Origin: Malacoraja senta
Taxonomy: Eukaryota
Assembly (NCBI GenBank): GCA_038087875.1
Contig: CM075989.1
Location: 16,866,001 to 16,930,000, forward strand
Reading direction: 5' to 3'
DNA: 64,000 nt
Both the position numbers and the translations under genes were made by a program. This document shows, piece by piece, positions 37,775 through 50,620 of this stretch (the stretch's first letter is position 1; each line of letters starts with the position of its first letter). The notes under the pieces were generated by a model. It worked only from the letters and a program-made list of their open reading frames with translations, did not search any database and was not told where the DNA came from.

Positions 37775-40700
37775 CACCCCCTCCGTGCTGCACAACATCG
37801 GGGTGACGATGTTTCCAGTCCGAGTGGCGGACATGTCGGTGGCTCCAATCCTAGAGATGGGACTCGACCGGCGAGACCGACATCGGGCAGAGCCCTAGTG
37901 GTGGGTGACTCCATTGTCCGAGGAGCGGACAGGAGATTCTGTGGCGGCAGACGAGATGCGAGGATGGTCTGTTGCCTCCCTGGTGCCAGGGTTCAGGATG
38001 TCACGAGCCGAATTCAGAACATCCTCGAGAGAGAGAAGGTGAATAGCCGGCAGTAGTTGTGCACGTAGGCACAAACGACATCGGGAAGAAGAGGAAGGAG
38101 GTTCTCCAACATGAGTTCAGAGAGTTGGGAAGAAGACTGAAATGCCGGACTTCTAGGGTGGTTATCTCTGGGTTGCTTCCAGTACCTCGTGCTAGTGAGG
38201 ACAGGAACAGGGAGATAGGGGGTCTGAATGTGTGGCTGAGGGGCTGGAGCAGGGAGCAAGGATTTAGATTTATAGACCACTGGGATCTCTTCTGGGGTAG
38301 GGGTGACCTGTACAAAAGGGACGGGTTACATCTTAACTGGAGGGGGACCGACATTCTGGCAGGCAGGTTTGCTAGGGCTACACGTGTGGGTTTAAACTAA
38401 ATAGTGGGGAGGAGGGATTGACAAATTGGGAGTATAAAGATGGAGTTGAAGGGGAAGTGGCTACAGGAAAAATTACAAAAGATTCTCGAATTAATGGGAA
38501 GGAAAGCTCGAGAAGGGACAACAGAGTAAGGTCAGGGCCAATTGTGGGCGGTGCGAGGGGGGAAGTGAATACGGAGGTCAAAGTGCTGTATATGAATGCG
38601 CGAAGTATAAGGAATAAAGTGGACGAGCTTGAGGCTCAGTTAGAAACTGGCAAGTATGATGTTGTGGGAATTGTTGAGACATGGCTGCAAGAGGGCCAGG
38701 GCTGGGAACTGAATATTCAAGGGTATACCTCCTATCGAAAAGACAGACAGGTGGGCAGAGGAGGTGGGGTTGCTCTGTTGGTGAGGAATGAAATTCAATC
38801 CCTTGCAAGGGGTGACATTGAAACAGGAGATGTGGAGTCAGTATGGATAGAACTAAGGAATTGTAAAGGTAAAAAGACCCTAATGGGACTAATCTACTTG
38901 CCCCCAAACAGTAGCCTGGACATAGGGCACAAGTTGAATCAGGAGTTAAAATTGGCATGTAGCAAAAGTAATGCTGTGGTTGTTATGGGAGATTTCAACA
39001 TGCAGGTAGACTGGGAAAATCAGGTTGGTACTGGACCCCAAGAAAGGGACTTTGTAGAGTGCCTTCGTGATGGATTCTTAGAACAGCTTGTATTAGAGCC
39101 TACCAGGGAGAAGGCAATTCTGGAGTTAGTGTTATGTAATGAACCGGATTTGATAAAGGACCTCGGGTTAATGAGCCATTACGAGGTAGTGACCATAACA
39201 TGGTCATGTTTAATCTACAATTGGTGAGGGAGAAGGGTAGATCGGAGGTGTCAGTGTTACAGTTGAATAAAGGGGACTATACAGGCATGAGGGAGGAGCT
39301 GGCCAAAGTTGACTGGAAAGATACACTAGCAGGGATGAGAGTGGAACAAAAATGGCAGGTATTTCTAGGAATAATACAGAAGGTGCAGGATCAGTTCATT
39401 CCTTTATTTTTTCTTTTTTTTTTAAATTTATTTTTGTTAGAAGTAAGTACAATAATGTGGTACCACAGTACCTAATACTTGTTGACATATTACATTTCAT
39501 ATACAACTTCTTATTTTTAATTTAATAATAAAGCAGGAGTAAGGGAGAAAGGGAGAAAAGAAGAGATTGGCATAGAGTGTTGCGTGAAATAGAAAGATAG
39601 CCCGAGATGATCAGCCATGATCATATTGAATGGCGGTGCAGGCTCGAAGGGCCGAATGGCCTACTCCTGCACCTATTTTCTATGTTTCTATGCTTCTATG
39701 AGAGAAGAAAGAAGAAAGAAGAAGAAGTAGAAAGAGAAAGAGACGAAATAGAGAAGAAAAAAAAGGGAAAAGGAGATTGAAAGCGATATACCTATTTAAT
39801 GTTCCTGGCCACCCGTCACCTGATTCTATGGTTGTGTTGCACCATATGCTTGTAAGAAGTCGATAAAAGGAGACCAAATCAATAAGAATTGGTCTACTTT
39901 ACCTGCTAGAAGGAGTCGCATTTCTTCAAGATATGCCGTTTCCGACATATTTGAAATCCACATTTGGAGCGTTGGTGTTGGCGCATTTTTCCAAAATTTA
40001 AGTATGAGTTTTTTTGCCGTTATTAAACCGTAATTAAGTAGAGATTTTTTAAACATATTTAGCTTATTCCCATCTTCCATTGATCCAAAGATAATCCTTT
40101 CTGTATTAGGTTCAATTCTTCTATTAAATAGTTTTGTAAAAATTTCATTCCAGAATTTATGAAGTTTTATACAGGAGACAAAAAAGTGTGTTATAGTGGC
40201 ACTCAACTAAGCATTTATCACAGATGGGAGAGATATTTGGATAGATTTTGTTCAGTCTAGTTTTCGAGTAGTATAATCTATGTCAAATTTTAAATTGAAT
40301 TAAATTATGTTTTGCATTAATCTAACATTTATGTATGTATATCAGGTTTTTTTCCCATGTTTCTTTCGAAATTTTTATCTGTAATTCTCGTTCCCAATCT
40401 GCTCTGATTGCCTCTGTCGATGGTGATTCTGTATTTAAAATATTATATAAGTATGATATTAAATTGCATGAATCTGCCTTAATATTCATTGCTTCATCTA
40501 ATAAATCTAGTTAGAATTTGATATCCTTGTATGTGTTTTTTCAAATAATCTCTAATTTGAAAGTATTTAAAGTATTGGTTATTTTTCGTTGTATTTTAAT
40601 TGTAATTGTTGAAATGATTTAAAAAATTCCCATTTTATACAAGTCTCCAATCCTTTTAATTCCTAATCTTTCCCAATAGGTATACGTTTTGTTAGTGAGA

Positions 40701-43330
40701 GATGGTTTAAATGCGGGATTATTTACTATTGGAGATAAAAGCGATAAGTTTCTTAATTTCAAAGTTAGTTTTATTTGTTTCCAAATTCGAATTGTGTTGT
40801 GGATAATTGGGTTCTTCTTATATATTGTGTTGTTTAATTTTATCGGGAGGATCGCTCCTATATTAAAAGGAGAGCAATCCTCTTTCTCCATTCTTATCCA
40901 TTCTACCTGTTGGGCAGAGCTGTCCAACCAATAAATTATGTTTTTAATATGTACTGCCCAGTAGTAGTATAAAACGTTCGGGAGTGTCAATCCCCCAGAT
41001 TCTTTAGGTTTACACAGGTGTTTTCTTTGGATTCTGTGCGATCTGTAGTGCCATATGAAGTTTGTAATATTGGAGTCTAATTTTTTTAAGAAGTTTTTTG
41101 GTAAGTATATTGGTATTGATTGAAATAGATATAATATTTGTGGTAGAAAAATCATTTTTATAGCTATTCTACCTATTAAAGATCGGCAGGGTTTTCCAGA
41201 ATTTAATCAACGCATTCAATTTAGTTAATAAAGGCATAAAATTTGCATTAAATAGCGATTTATATTTTCTAGTAATTTGGATACCCAAATACTTGAATTT
41301 TTCTGTTGCAATTTTAAAGGGAAATTTTAACAGGTGTGTCGAGTCTTAGGGTTTTAACGTCATAATTTCACTTTTATTCCAATTCATTCCTAGGAGGAAG
41401 AAATTCCAAGGGGAGAAAGGGGTGACCATGGCTGACAAGGGACGTCAGGGACAGTATAAAAATTAAAGCGAAGAAGTACAACGTAGCAAAGATGAGCGGG
41501 AAGCAAGAGGATTGGGTAATGTTTAAAGAACAACAGAAGATAACCAAAAAGGCAATACGGGGAGAAAAGATGCGGTACGAAGGTAAGCTAGCCAAGAATA
41601 TAAAGCAGGATAGTAAAAGCATCTTCAGGTATGTGAAGAGGAAAAAATTAGTTAAGACCAAAGTTGGACCTTTGAAGACCGAAGAAGGTGAATTTATTAT
41701 GGGGAACAAGGAAATGGCAGATGAGTTGAACAGGTACTTTGGATCTGTCTTCACTAAGGAGGACACAAACAAACTTCCTGATATAGTAGTGGCCAGAGGA
41801 TCTGGGGTGACGGAGGAACTGAAGGAAATCCACATTAGGCAGAAAATGGTGTAGGATAGACTGATGCGACTGAAGGCTGATAAATCCCCACGGCCTGATG
41901 GTCTGCATCCCAGGGTACTTAAGGAAGTGGCTCTAGAAATCGTGGATGCATTAGTGATAATTTTCCAATGTTCTATAGACTCAGGATCAGTTCCTGTGGA
42001 TTGGAGGGTAGCTAATGTTATCCCATTTTTTAAGAAAGGCAGGAGAGAGAAAACAGGGAATTATAGACCAGTTAGCCTGACATCGGTCGTGGGGAAGATG
42101 CTGGAGTCAATTATAAAAGATGAAATAGCCGAACATTTGGATAGCAGTAACAGGATCGGTCCGAGTCAGCATGGATTTATGCTTCACTAATCTTCTGGAA
42201 TTTTTTGAAGATGTAACTAGGAAAATGGACAACTGAGAGCCAGTGAATGTAGTGTACCTGGACTTTCAGAAAGCTTTTGATAACGGGTCCCTTTCAGAAT
42301 GGCAGGCAGTGACTAGTGGGGTACCACAAGGCTCGGTGCTGGGACCGCAGCTATTTACAATATACATCAATGATTTGGATGAAGGGATTCAAAGTAACAT
42401 TAGCATATTTGCAGATGACACAAAGCTGGGTGGCAGTGTGAACTGTGAGGAGGATGCTATGAGAATGCAGGGTGACTTGGACAGGTTGGGGGAGTGGGCA
42501 GATGCATAGCAGATGAAGTTTGATGCGGATAAATGTGAGGTTATCCACTTTGGTAGCAAAAACAGGAAGACATATTACTATCTAAATGGCGTCAAGTTGG
42601 GAAATGGGGAAGTACAACGGGATCTGGGGGTCCTTGTTCATCAGTCTATGAAAGTAAGCATGCAGGTACAGCAGGCAGAGAAGAAAGTGAATGGCATGTT
42701 GGCTTTCATAACAAGAGGAATCGAATATAGGAGCAAAGAGGTCCTTCTGCAGTTGTACAGAGCCCTAGTGAGACCACACCTGGAGTATTGTGTGCAGTTT
42801 TGGTCCCCTAATTTGAGGAGGGACATTCTTGCTATTGAGGTAGTGCAGCGTAGGTTTACAAGGTTAATTCCCGGGATTGTGGGGCTGTCATATGCTGAGA
42901 GAATGGAGCAGCTGGGCTTGTACACTCTGGAGTTTAGAAGGATGAGAGGGAATCTCATTGAAACATATAAGATTGTTAAGGGTTTGGACACGCTTGAGGC
43001 AGGAAACATGTTCCCGATGTTGGGGGAGTCCAGAACCAGGGGCCACAGTTTAAGAATAAGGAGTAAGCCATTCAGAATGGAGACGAGAAAACACTTTTTC
43101 TCACAGAGTTGTGAATCTGTGGAATTCTCTGCCTCAGAGGGCGGTGGAGGCAGGTTCTCTGGATGCTTTCAAGAGAGAGCTAGATAGGGCTCTTAAAAAT
43201 AACAGAGTCAGGGGATATGGGGAGAAGGCAGGAACGGGGTAATGATTGGGGATGATCAGCCATGATCACAATGAATGGCGGTGCTGGTTCGAAGGGCCGA
43301 ATGGCCTACTCCTGCACCTATTGTCTATTG
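37775..43330 (+). mobile_element. Near full-length CR1 LINE (ORF1 SGNH esterase; ORF2 EN+RT), decayed and interrupted by an L1
   Basis: ORF1 VVGDSIVRG, HVGTNDI, DGLHLN; ORF2 [43 protein letters not shown]; tail CCTATTGTCTATTG. Confidence 0.92.
39404..41382 (-). mobile_element. L1-clade LINE 3' portion inserted antisense in the CR1; itself carries a short CR1 tail at about 39601-39695
   Basis: Poly(T) at about 39404-39435; target duplication TTCATTCCT at 39395-39403 and 41383-41391; minus-strand FKYLGIQI, LPQILYLFQSIP, GGLTLPN..YYWA. Confidence 0.88.
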
Positions 43331-44249
43331 TCCATCACTTCTCCATCATTAACAATATAAATAGAGGAGGTGGACAGACTGTTCAAAAGACAGAAAAGCC
43401 CAAATCTCCAGGACCAGACAATGTTTCCCCCTCTACTCTCAAGCTCTGTGCCGAACAACTGGCACCGGTCTACACAGACATTTTCAACCAGTCCCTGCAA
43501 ACCTGTACTGTCCCTGCCTGCTACAAAGTCTCCACTATTGTCCCTGTACCCAAAAAGGCAAATATTACTGGTCTTAGTGACTACAGGCCTGTCGCACTGA
43601 CCTCTGTAGTCATGAAGACCCTTGAAAGGCTTGTGCTGGCAAAGCTGCCACAGCCAGACATAAAAACAGCTTTTTTTCCACGAATGGTAGCTCTACTCAA
43701 TAACCAAAAATCTGTAGCCTCCTTTTGCTCTGGTATTTTATTTAATTCACAAGTTTAATTGATAATGTTTTATTATTAATGTTTAATGTTTTATGTGTCT
43801 TTCCCTAACTGACACTGTATGTCATGTTGTCACTTGCGGGGGGAGCACCAAGGCAAATTCCTTGTATGTGAATACTTGGCCAATAATCTTATTCATTCAT
43901 TTATCATCTGGAGTAGGGCCAACGACCACCAGTTAGAAAGTGGAATGGAATGGATTTCCTCCCATTCCTACCTGGAATTAGTTATGGTGTCATTATTATT
44001 ATTGACACGAGATGAATATGTTTTATTAACTCATGAATTAACTCATGGTTGAAACAATTCGTTATACCCACAACTTTTTTTTCGCCAAAGAAAACTCACC
44101 TCCACACGTATTATCATTTCTCATTTTGGGATTTACCATTTGAGCCTGGTGCAGTGGTTTCACATCCATTTCTTCATCAGGTGTTTTCTGAACCATTCAA
44201 ATAATTGGAAGAAAACTCATCAATTGTTTAGGCCATTCATTCATAAAGC

Positions 44250-44306
44250 ATCAATCAATCAATCAATCAATCAAGCAATTAATTAATTAATTAATTAATT
44301 AATTAA
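44250..44306. repeat. Compound microsatellite (ATCA)n(AATT)n
   Basis: Directly visible. Confidence 0.9.
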
Positions 44307-46459
44307 TCCGTAATTGTTTTTTTTGCCAAGAGTCATTTTGGAAGATCTTAACACTTTAAACCGTACAATGCAAAATTACGTTTGAAACTTTAACACAAGA
44401 TATATTTGGCTTCTGTGATGGTTTATGTAAAACGTATATTGCAGAGGAAATGATGTGAACTGGAAGGGACACGACCATGAAGAAATTCAAATAATAGAAT
44501 GATAACATAAATGGAAGATGTTGGGGATCCACAGTCAATGAACAAGGATAGGATTGGTGGGTGAGTTAGAGTAGAGGGTGAAATAAGATGTATAGATAAA
44601 AAGAGAGTGAGAGAGGAAGAAAGAGTTGCAGTAAGGTGCAAAAGGAGAATAAAGATGTAGAAGGAGGGAAGGAGCATAGGAACAGATGCAAAACAAGAGA
44701 AAGGATGGGATGAAACAGTAAAAGATCATGAAGCAAACTGATCAGATACAGAACGGTGATATCAGAGCAAAGATAAATAATTGGACAATCAAAGAATAGC
44801 AGGAACAGAGAGATGAAGGTAAAGAGTGCAAAATGAACTGGAGTATTGTGACCGTAAGGGGGGAAAGCAGAGAAAGAAATAACTGGTGTAATTCAACTGG
44901 AGTATTAGAAAATACATATAATTAATTTTCTATCCTTACCAGAATATCTTCCAGATGATCGTCCAAAGTGCTCGATTGATAGATACAGTAAAAGAGGATC
45001 AAATACAGCAGGTTTCCCTGAAATAAAATAAAACATCCTTTCACTTGGGCAAAAAGAACCACATTTGTTAAACATTGCCAATACAACTTCACGTACCATT
45101 TTGATCAGAGCAGCTTTCTTCTCTCCAACTTCTTGTTCAGCCAATGTGTTTGGTCTTCAGGTCGTTTGGTTTATAACTCCTTCTGTTTCACACATTTGAA
45201 GTATCGCCAAATGAGGTTTGGTAATATTTTGGTGCTTCCTCCAAATATGTCGTAAGTCCAGCCTCCAAAGTAGCAAACCCAGAGTCAGTATCATTCTTGC
45301 TGATGAATCATCCCTAAATGTTTATGAACATGTTGCTGAGTTTGCCAACTCGAGGCACTGTCCTGAACAAATCGAGGGCCATACGGGCATCTGAGAAGAA
45401 TGGTGTTGTTGTCACTTCACACATGCACACACAAAATAATCCTCGCATCTTCATCCTGAGTCCTAGCTTCCAGTTCTTGGAATCATTTCGTTGGTACTTC
45501 TGTAGCTTTTGCTTTTCTGTCCACTTCTGACTTGTTTCTTCTGTTATATCACAAACAGAGCCAGGGGTAAACTATTTGGGCTTCAATCCTGCTCCACTAT
45601 TCATTCAAAATAATGATTGATCTTTCTCCTGCATTATGTCAATATCCCTTAATATCCAGAAATCTATTCTCTGAACACAAGTAAGCAACTGCTAAGAAAA
45701 TAATTAAACAATAAAGTACATTAAAGTAGATTAAAATGTTATTTCCACAATTTTGTTAATAGTAAACTTGATGTTCCCTTGATCTTTATACATTATAATA
45801 ATGTTTCATGAAGTATGACGTACTGTTAAACATCTTGAGATTATGAAAAGCCCTCTAATTCCAAGATATTTTTCTTGAATACTTTTTTAGCTTCACGTTT
45901 TCTAGAACCAATAATAATCTCACTTCTTGCTTGCCTTAGAAAAGCTTGTATTCCCCAAAAGTGTGTCTTTTCTGTTTTTATTGCAGCTTTACAGTATCTG
46001 CGGTTTCTTACTTTAAGAATAGAGGACAAGGCTTTGTTGGATTCTTTTTTAAAGTTGCGTGGAGCCTCTTCTATACGGTCCCATTAAATGCTTCCAGATC
46101 ATCATCATGGTGAAAGGAGTCTATTTGAGGGCAACAATAAAAACTTTTGTTATTCTTAACTTGAAACAACTCCTGAAATATTTCACAACAGCTTTATTAA
46201 ACAAGACTTGATATTTATATTACTACCTTAAACTTCCTATTCTTTTGCATTCAGTAAAAGTCACACAGATGTAGTACAAAAATATTTGATATCAACCCAT
46301 GCAACAAATGAAAAAAGAAAGACAGGGGTTTGCTTGTTCAAGTTCCTCAGCTGGACACTCTCTTCTGACATGTAGTTCGGTGTTTTTTTTTAACCTTCAT
46401 ATGGTTATGTACTTAATATTCTTTCTCTTTCAACTTAATATTCTTGCTCTTTCAAACAG

Positions 46460-46683
46460 GAGGCCTTGATCTGATCCTGATGCCTGGACTGGAGTTCGAT
46501 AAACATGGCAACAGATTGGGAAGAAGGAAGGGTTACTATGACACTTACTGGGACTGTTGTCTTAAGCATCCAAAGGACAAACCCTACACAATTGCCTTGG
46601 CCTTCAAGGAGCAGATATGTGATCTGGTGCTTGTGACTGAAAGTGATAAGCCAATTGATGAAGTATTGTATGAAACATCGTAG
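46460..46683 (+). pseudogene. MTHFS: MTHFS (5-formyltetrahydrofolate cyclo-ligase) last coding exon, orphan and probably degenerate
   Basis: [55 protein letters not shown] matches the MTHFS C-terminus. Polypyrimidine acceptor ..TTCAAACAG| (phase 1); AATAAA downstream. Family motifs PGLGFD and RLGRGKGYYD are altered. No upstream exons seen. Identity is high-confidence; pseudogene status is inferred. Confidence 0.8.
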
Positions 46684-48229
46684 ATGAGTTAATTGGATCC
46701 TGGCGAATTGGACAGGAAGATCATTCTAAATAAAGGACAGCAATTATCCATGAACATTGAAAAGAATAATCATTTATGAAGAGGAAAATAATTTAATTTG
46801 ACTTTCTGCTAATCAGTGGTGAAGAACATTAATGACAACAATTATGAGAAATAGATTTTACCCATTGAACTGTTTCATAAAGTTGGAAACACAAGTATTG
46901 GCAATATAAAAATTTTATTCAAAATACATATCATAATACATCTTTAACTTTTTAATTTAATAAAGATTTTTATTGTAACATGTTCAATTATTGATTTGTT
47001 CTCACAAAACAGCAACGTTCATTCTTCAATGCTCTTTGCAATTTTACATCATGGTGTAAGTCTGGTTCTGACCTCCACTGCCTTAGGCCTCCTGTTCCTG
47101 CACAGACATACTAAGGTTTTGGATGGAGCCCATTCTGCTGTGGAATGGAATTGACACTATTTTGCCAAATTATCTTCTTGTGAACCATTGGCAACTGGAC
47201 CTCTTTCATTATGTCATTTGTTGTCATGTCTGTTGTGATCTTTGTACATCAAGCCAGGTTCAGCTGCATACACAGGAGAATACATGAGGAGAAAATGTTA
47301 TCCGTATCAAGGTATTAGATGACTTAGCTGGCATTAAGTGGATAAATCCCCATGGTCTGGTAGGATCTATTCTAAACTCCTATGGGAGGCAAGAGAGGTG
47401 ATTGCTGGGGCCCTGATAAACTTCTATATCTTCACTTCTATAAATCAAATGCAGTACCCTTATTCAAGAAGGGCAGCAGAGAGAGATAAGCCTGTTAATT
47501 GCAGGTCAAGACAGTAGTAGGGAAGATATTAGAAAAAAATATGTGGGAAGGGATTAATCTGTATTTTGAAAGGCAGGGGTTAATCAAAGACGACAAGGTT
47601 TATCCAACCCCATTTGACTGAATCACTCATGATTTTTTGAACACCATACTATAGACAGTACAGTACCTTGACTGATAATTTAAGTACTTGTCGCTGTTCA
47701 TAACCTCATGGCAAAATAATATGTCCATGTAGAGCTACATTGCCAGTATCACACTCTTTCTTCCAAAAGAATGGCAGTATCAATACATCATTGCCATTAA
47801 ACATTTTCACCGATGATTCTTCTAATACTGGCAATTCCTGTATCACCGCATGCTGGGGAATCTTGAGGACCATTAAATGCCATGGAAAGAGCTTTGAATG
47901 AGATGCTAAATTGCTAACTAAAAAAACAACCTTAATCCAACCCTGGGAAGATGCAGTATAGTCAGGAATTGCATGTTTTCACAAAATGGTGGTGCTCAAT
48001 TTGGAAAATGCAGAACAATATCTGAATGTCACTAGGGGAAGCTAAAGACCCAAACACCAGGGACATTGATGCAGTTATTTACAAATAGCACATCCCAAAT
48101 AGCAACGCCCTAGCCCACACGTGGAGCATTGTTTTGTGAAAACATACAATTCCTGACTAAAATGCATCCATCCACATTTCTTTGCCAGTCTCTTTGGGAT
48201 CAAGGATCTTTTGCTTCCAATTCTGTAGG

Positions 48230-48540
48230 CTCTGAAATGGCTGCTGAGGCCAGAGACTGCCACAGGTGAGGCAGGAAGTGTTTGACAGAACTGGTAGAAG
48301 GAATAATTGATTGTTGCAACTTTCTGTGTTGCATGCTCTTGATGTTTGGGTGCTCCAAAGACACAAAGTTTTCAATGCCTTTACAGATGATTCATCCTTG
48401 AGTGAACTTGGGCCATGAGTTAGTGAGGATGCTATATTTCTTCAAAGCGGCGTTAAAAACATTCTTGAACTGTTCTTTCAGTCCTCTGTGAACGGTTTGC
48501 CCTGCCAGCTCTCAGAGTGATTGCTTCAGAAGTCTAGTTT
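48230..48540 (-). mobile_element. Old RTE-like LINE 3' remnant
   Basis: Minus strand CLTCG..GLSSHFRA (C-terminal zinc-finger-like) and upstream KRRFEE-like remnant; heavily decayed. Confidence 0.4.
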
Positions 48541-50435
48541 TGCCTATTCAAGGCAGCCCACAATAAAATACACCGGACAATTACTTTGCCAAACAACCAG
48601 ATTTATTTATTAATAATCGTTAATCGCAACTATCTTTTAGATACACTATCCTTCGGTTATCAGTTAAACAACTTGCAAAACGTAATATCTTAATCTAGAT
48701 TTTATCCACTTTAAATTTAACTGGCTTGACTTGCCGAGTTCTTCTCTGAATCCCTGACTCAGGACTATTCATGTCAATGGCTATTTTCTAGAGTTGGCAC
48801 TACGGTTTATCCTGCAAGGCACCTTTGATAGCAAAAATCAAAGTGCTTGAGGAACTCAACAAGTCAGGCAGCATCAGTGGAGGAAAATGGGCCACGATGT
48901 TGTGTCCCCTTTCACACTTCACCATACCTCTTTGTTCCAAATGTTTCTCTTCAGATTTGGTTGAGATCTGGTTGTGGTCAGAGCCCCAATGCTGGGTATT
49001 TTGGAAGAGGAGTTGGTAGATTTGCATACCCTGCCCGATTGATGGATTTAGCGCAGATAGCATTGGTCATAACTCCGCAGTACTCTTGAGATGCCTGATG
49101 TGTATGGCAGGAAGGAACTGCAGATGTTGGTTGATGCTGAAGATAGATACAAAATGCTGGAGTAACTCAGCGGGACAAGCAGCAACCCCGGAGAAAAGGA
49201 ATGGGTGATGTTTCCGGTCGAAACCTGAAGAAGGATCTCGACCTGAAACGTCACCCATTTCCCTCCAGTAATGTTGCCTGTCCCGCTGAGTTACTCCATC
49301 ATTTTATGTCTATCTCTGATGTATATAGTCCTTGGTTCTGAAGTGTATGAGACAGCAGGTAACCAGTGACCATGTGTTTTCTAGATTTACGTGATTTTTG
49401 AAGAAGCATTTTCTCAGATTGGCAAAGTTGAATCTAGTGAATCTCCTCAACCTTGTCTTCATTGACGGGTGGGTTCCTGAGAAATGAGAGGTGATCCATA
49501 TTTACCAGGATCTCAGCATGGATCTTGAATTGAAAGGGACGGTTTTGTGTGGAAAGGGGAGGTTTGTGAAGGACCAGTTGTCTTCTGAATATTTTGTGCA
49601 GGATTCACTCATTTGTTTACTTCAATAAAGATTTGAGCAATGACTCCAAGCTTGGTCTCTATGTATGCATAAAAGCAAATGTCAACGCATACTGCACCTG
49701 AAGCTATATATGTATTACTACCTAGAAGTGTAACTAAGAAAATTGATGAAGTGAAGCAGCAGGCATGGCTTACATGGACATTAGTAAGGCTTTTGACAAG
49801 TCCCACAGGGTAGATTGGTCCAGAAAGTGAATGCACAAATGATCCATGACATATTGGAAAACTGGATTTAAAATTGGCTTGTTGAAGGGAGAAGGGGGGT
49901 AATTGTGAATGGGTGTTTTTGTAACTGGAAATCTGTAACAAGTAGTGTACCTCAGAACAGTGCTGGGACCTTTGTTGTCTGTAATATTGGATGAGAATTA
50001 TAATTATATAGAGAAATATAAGATCAGTATATTTGCTGGTGGGGTTATAGATAGCAAAGAAAATTGTCTGATGATACAGCAGGATACAGGAAATATGGAT
50101 GGAGAGGCCACAGGTGGATTTTAAATCAGGAAAGTGTGCAGGAGTGCACTTTGGCAGTGCAGAGATGTTAAGAGCATTGATGTACTGAGAGACCTTGGGT
50201 CTCAAGATAGTTCCCTGAAAGTGGCAACACAGGTATGGAAAGGATAAAAAACACAGCCTTTGGTATGGTTACCTTTATAGGCCAAGACATTAAATATAAG
50301 TTTGGACGTTATGTTGCAGTTGTACAAACCATTAGTAAGACCGCACTTACAATGAAAAGGTATTTAGTCAAGTCGTTGGATAGCAAAGGCATAGAGAGAT
50401 ACGTGTCAAAAGCAGGCAAATGGCATCATGATCAG

Positions 50436-50620
50436 CATAGAATCATAGAAAATAGGTGCAGGAGTAGGCCATTCGGCCCTTCGAGCCTGCACCGCCATTC
50501 AATATGATCATGGCTGATCATTCAACTCAGTATCCCGTACCTGCCTTCTCTCCATACCCCCTGATTCCTTTAGCCACAAGGGCCACATCTAACTCCCTCT
50601 TAAATATAGCCAATGAACTG
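50436..50620 (-). mobile_element. CR1 3' UTR fragment (young), beside an older CR1 remnant at about 49730-50430
   Basis: Reverse complement of the CR1 3' UTR seen at 33430-33570 and 39601-39695. Confidence 0.8.

Larger units (their letters stand above)
37130..43900 (+). mobile_element. Rex1/Babar LINE (outer element; pieces 37130-~37770 and ~43331-43900), split by a CR1
   Basis: ELKQLRQSKEEAYRSGD..IRAAK upstream; [48 protein letters not shown] downstream; tail GCAAATTCCTTGTATGTGAATACTTGGCCAATAA(TTCA)n. Confidence 0.82.
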
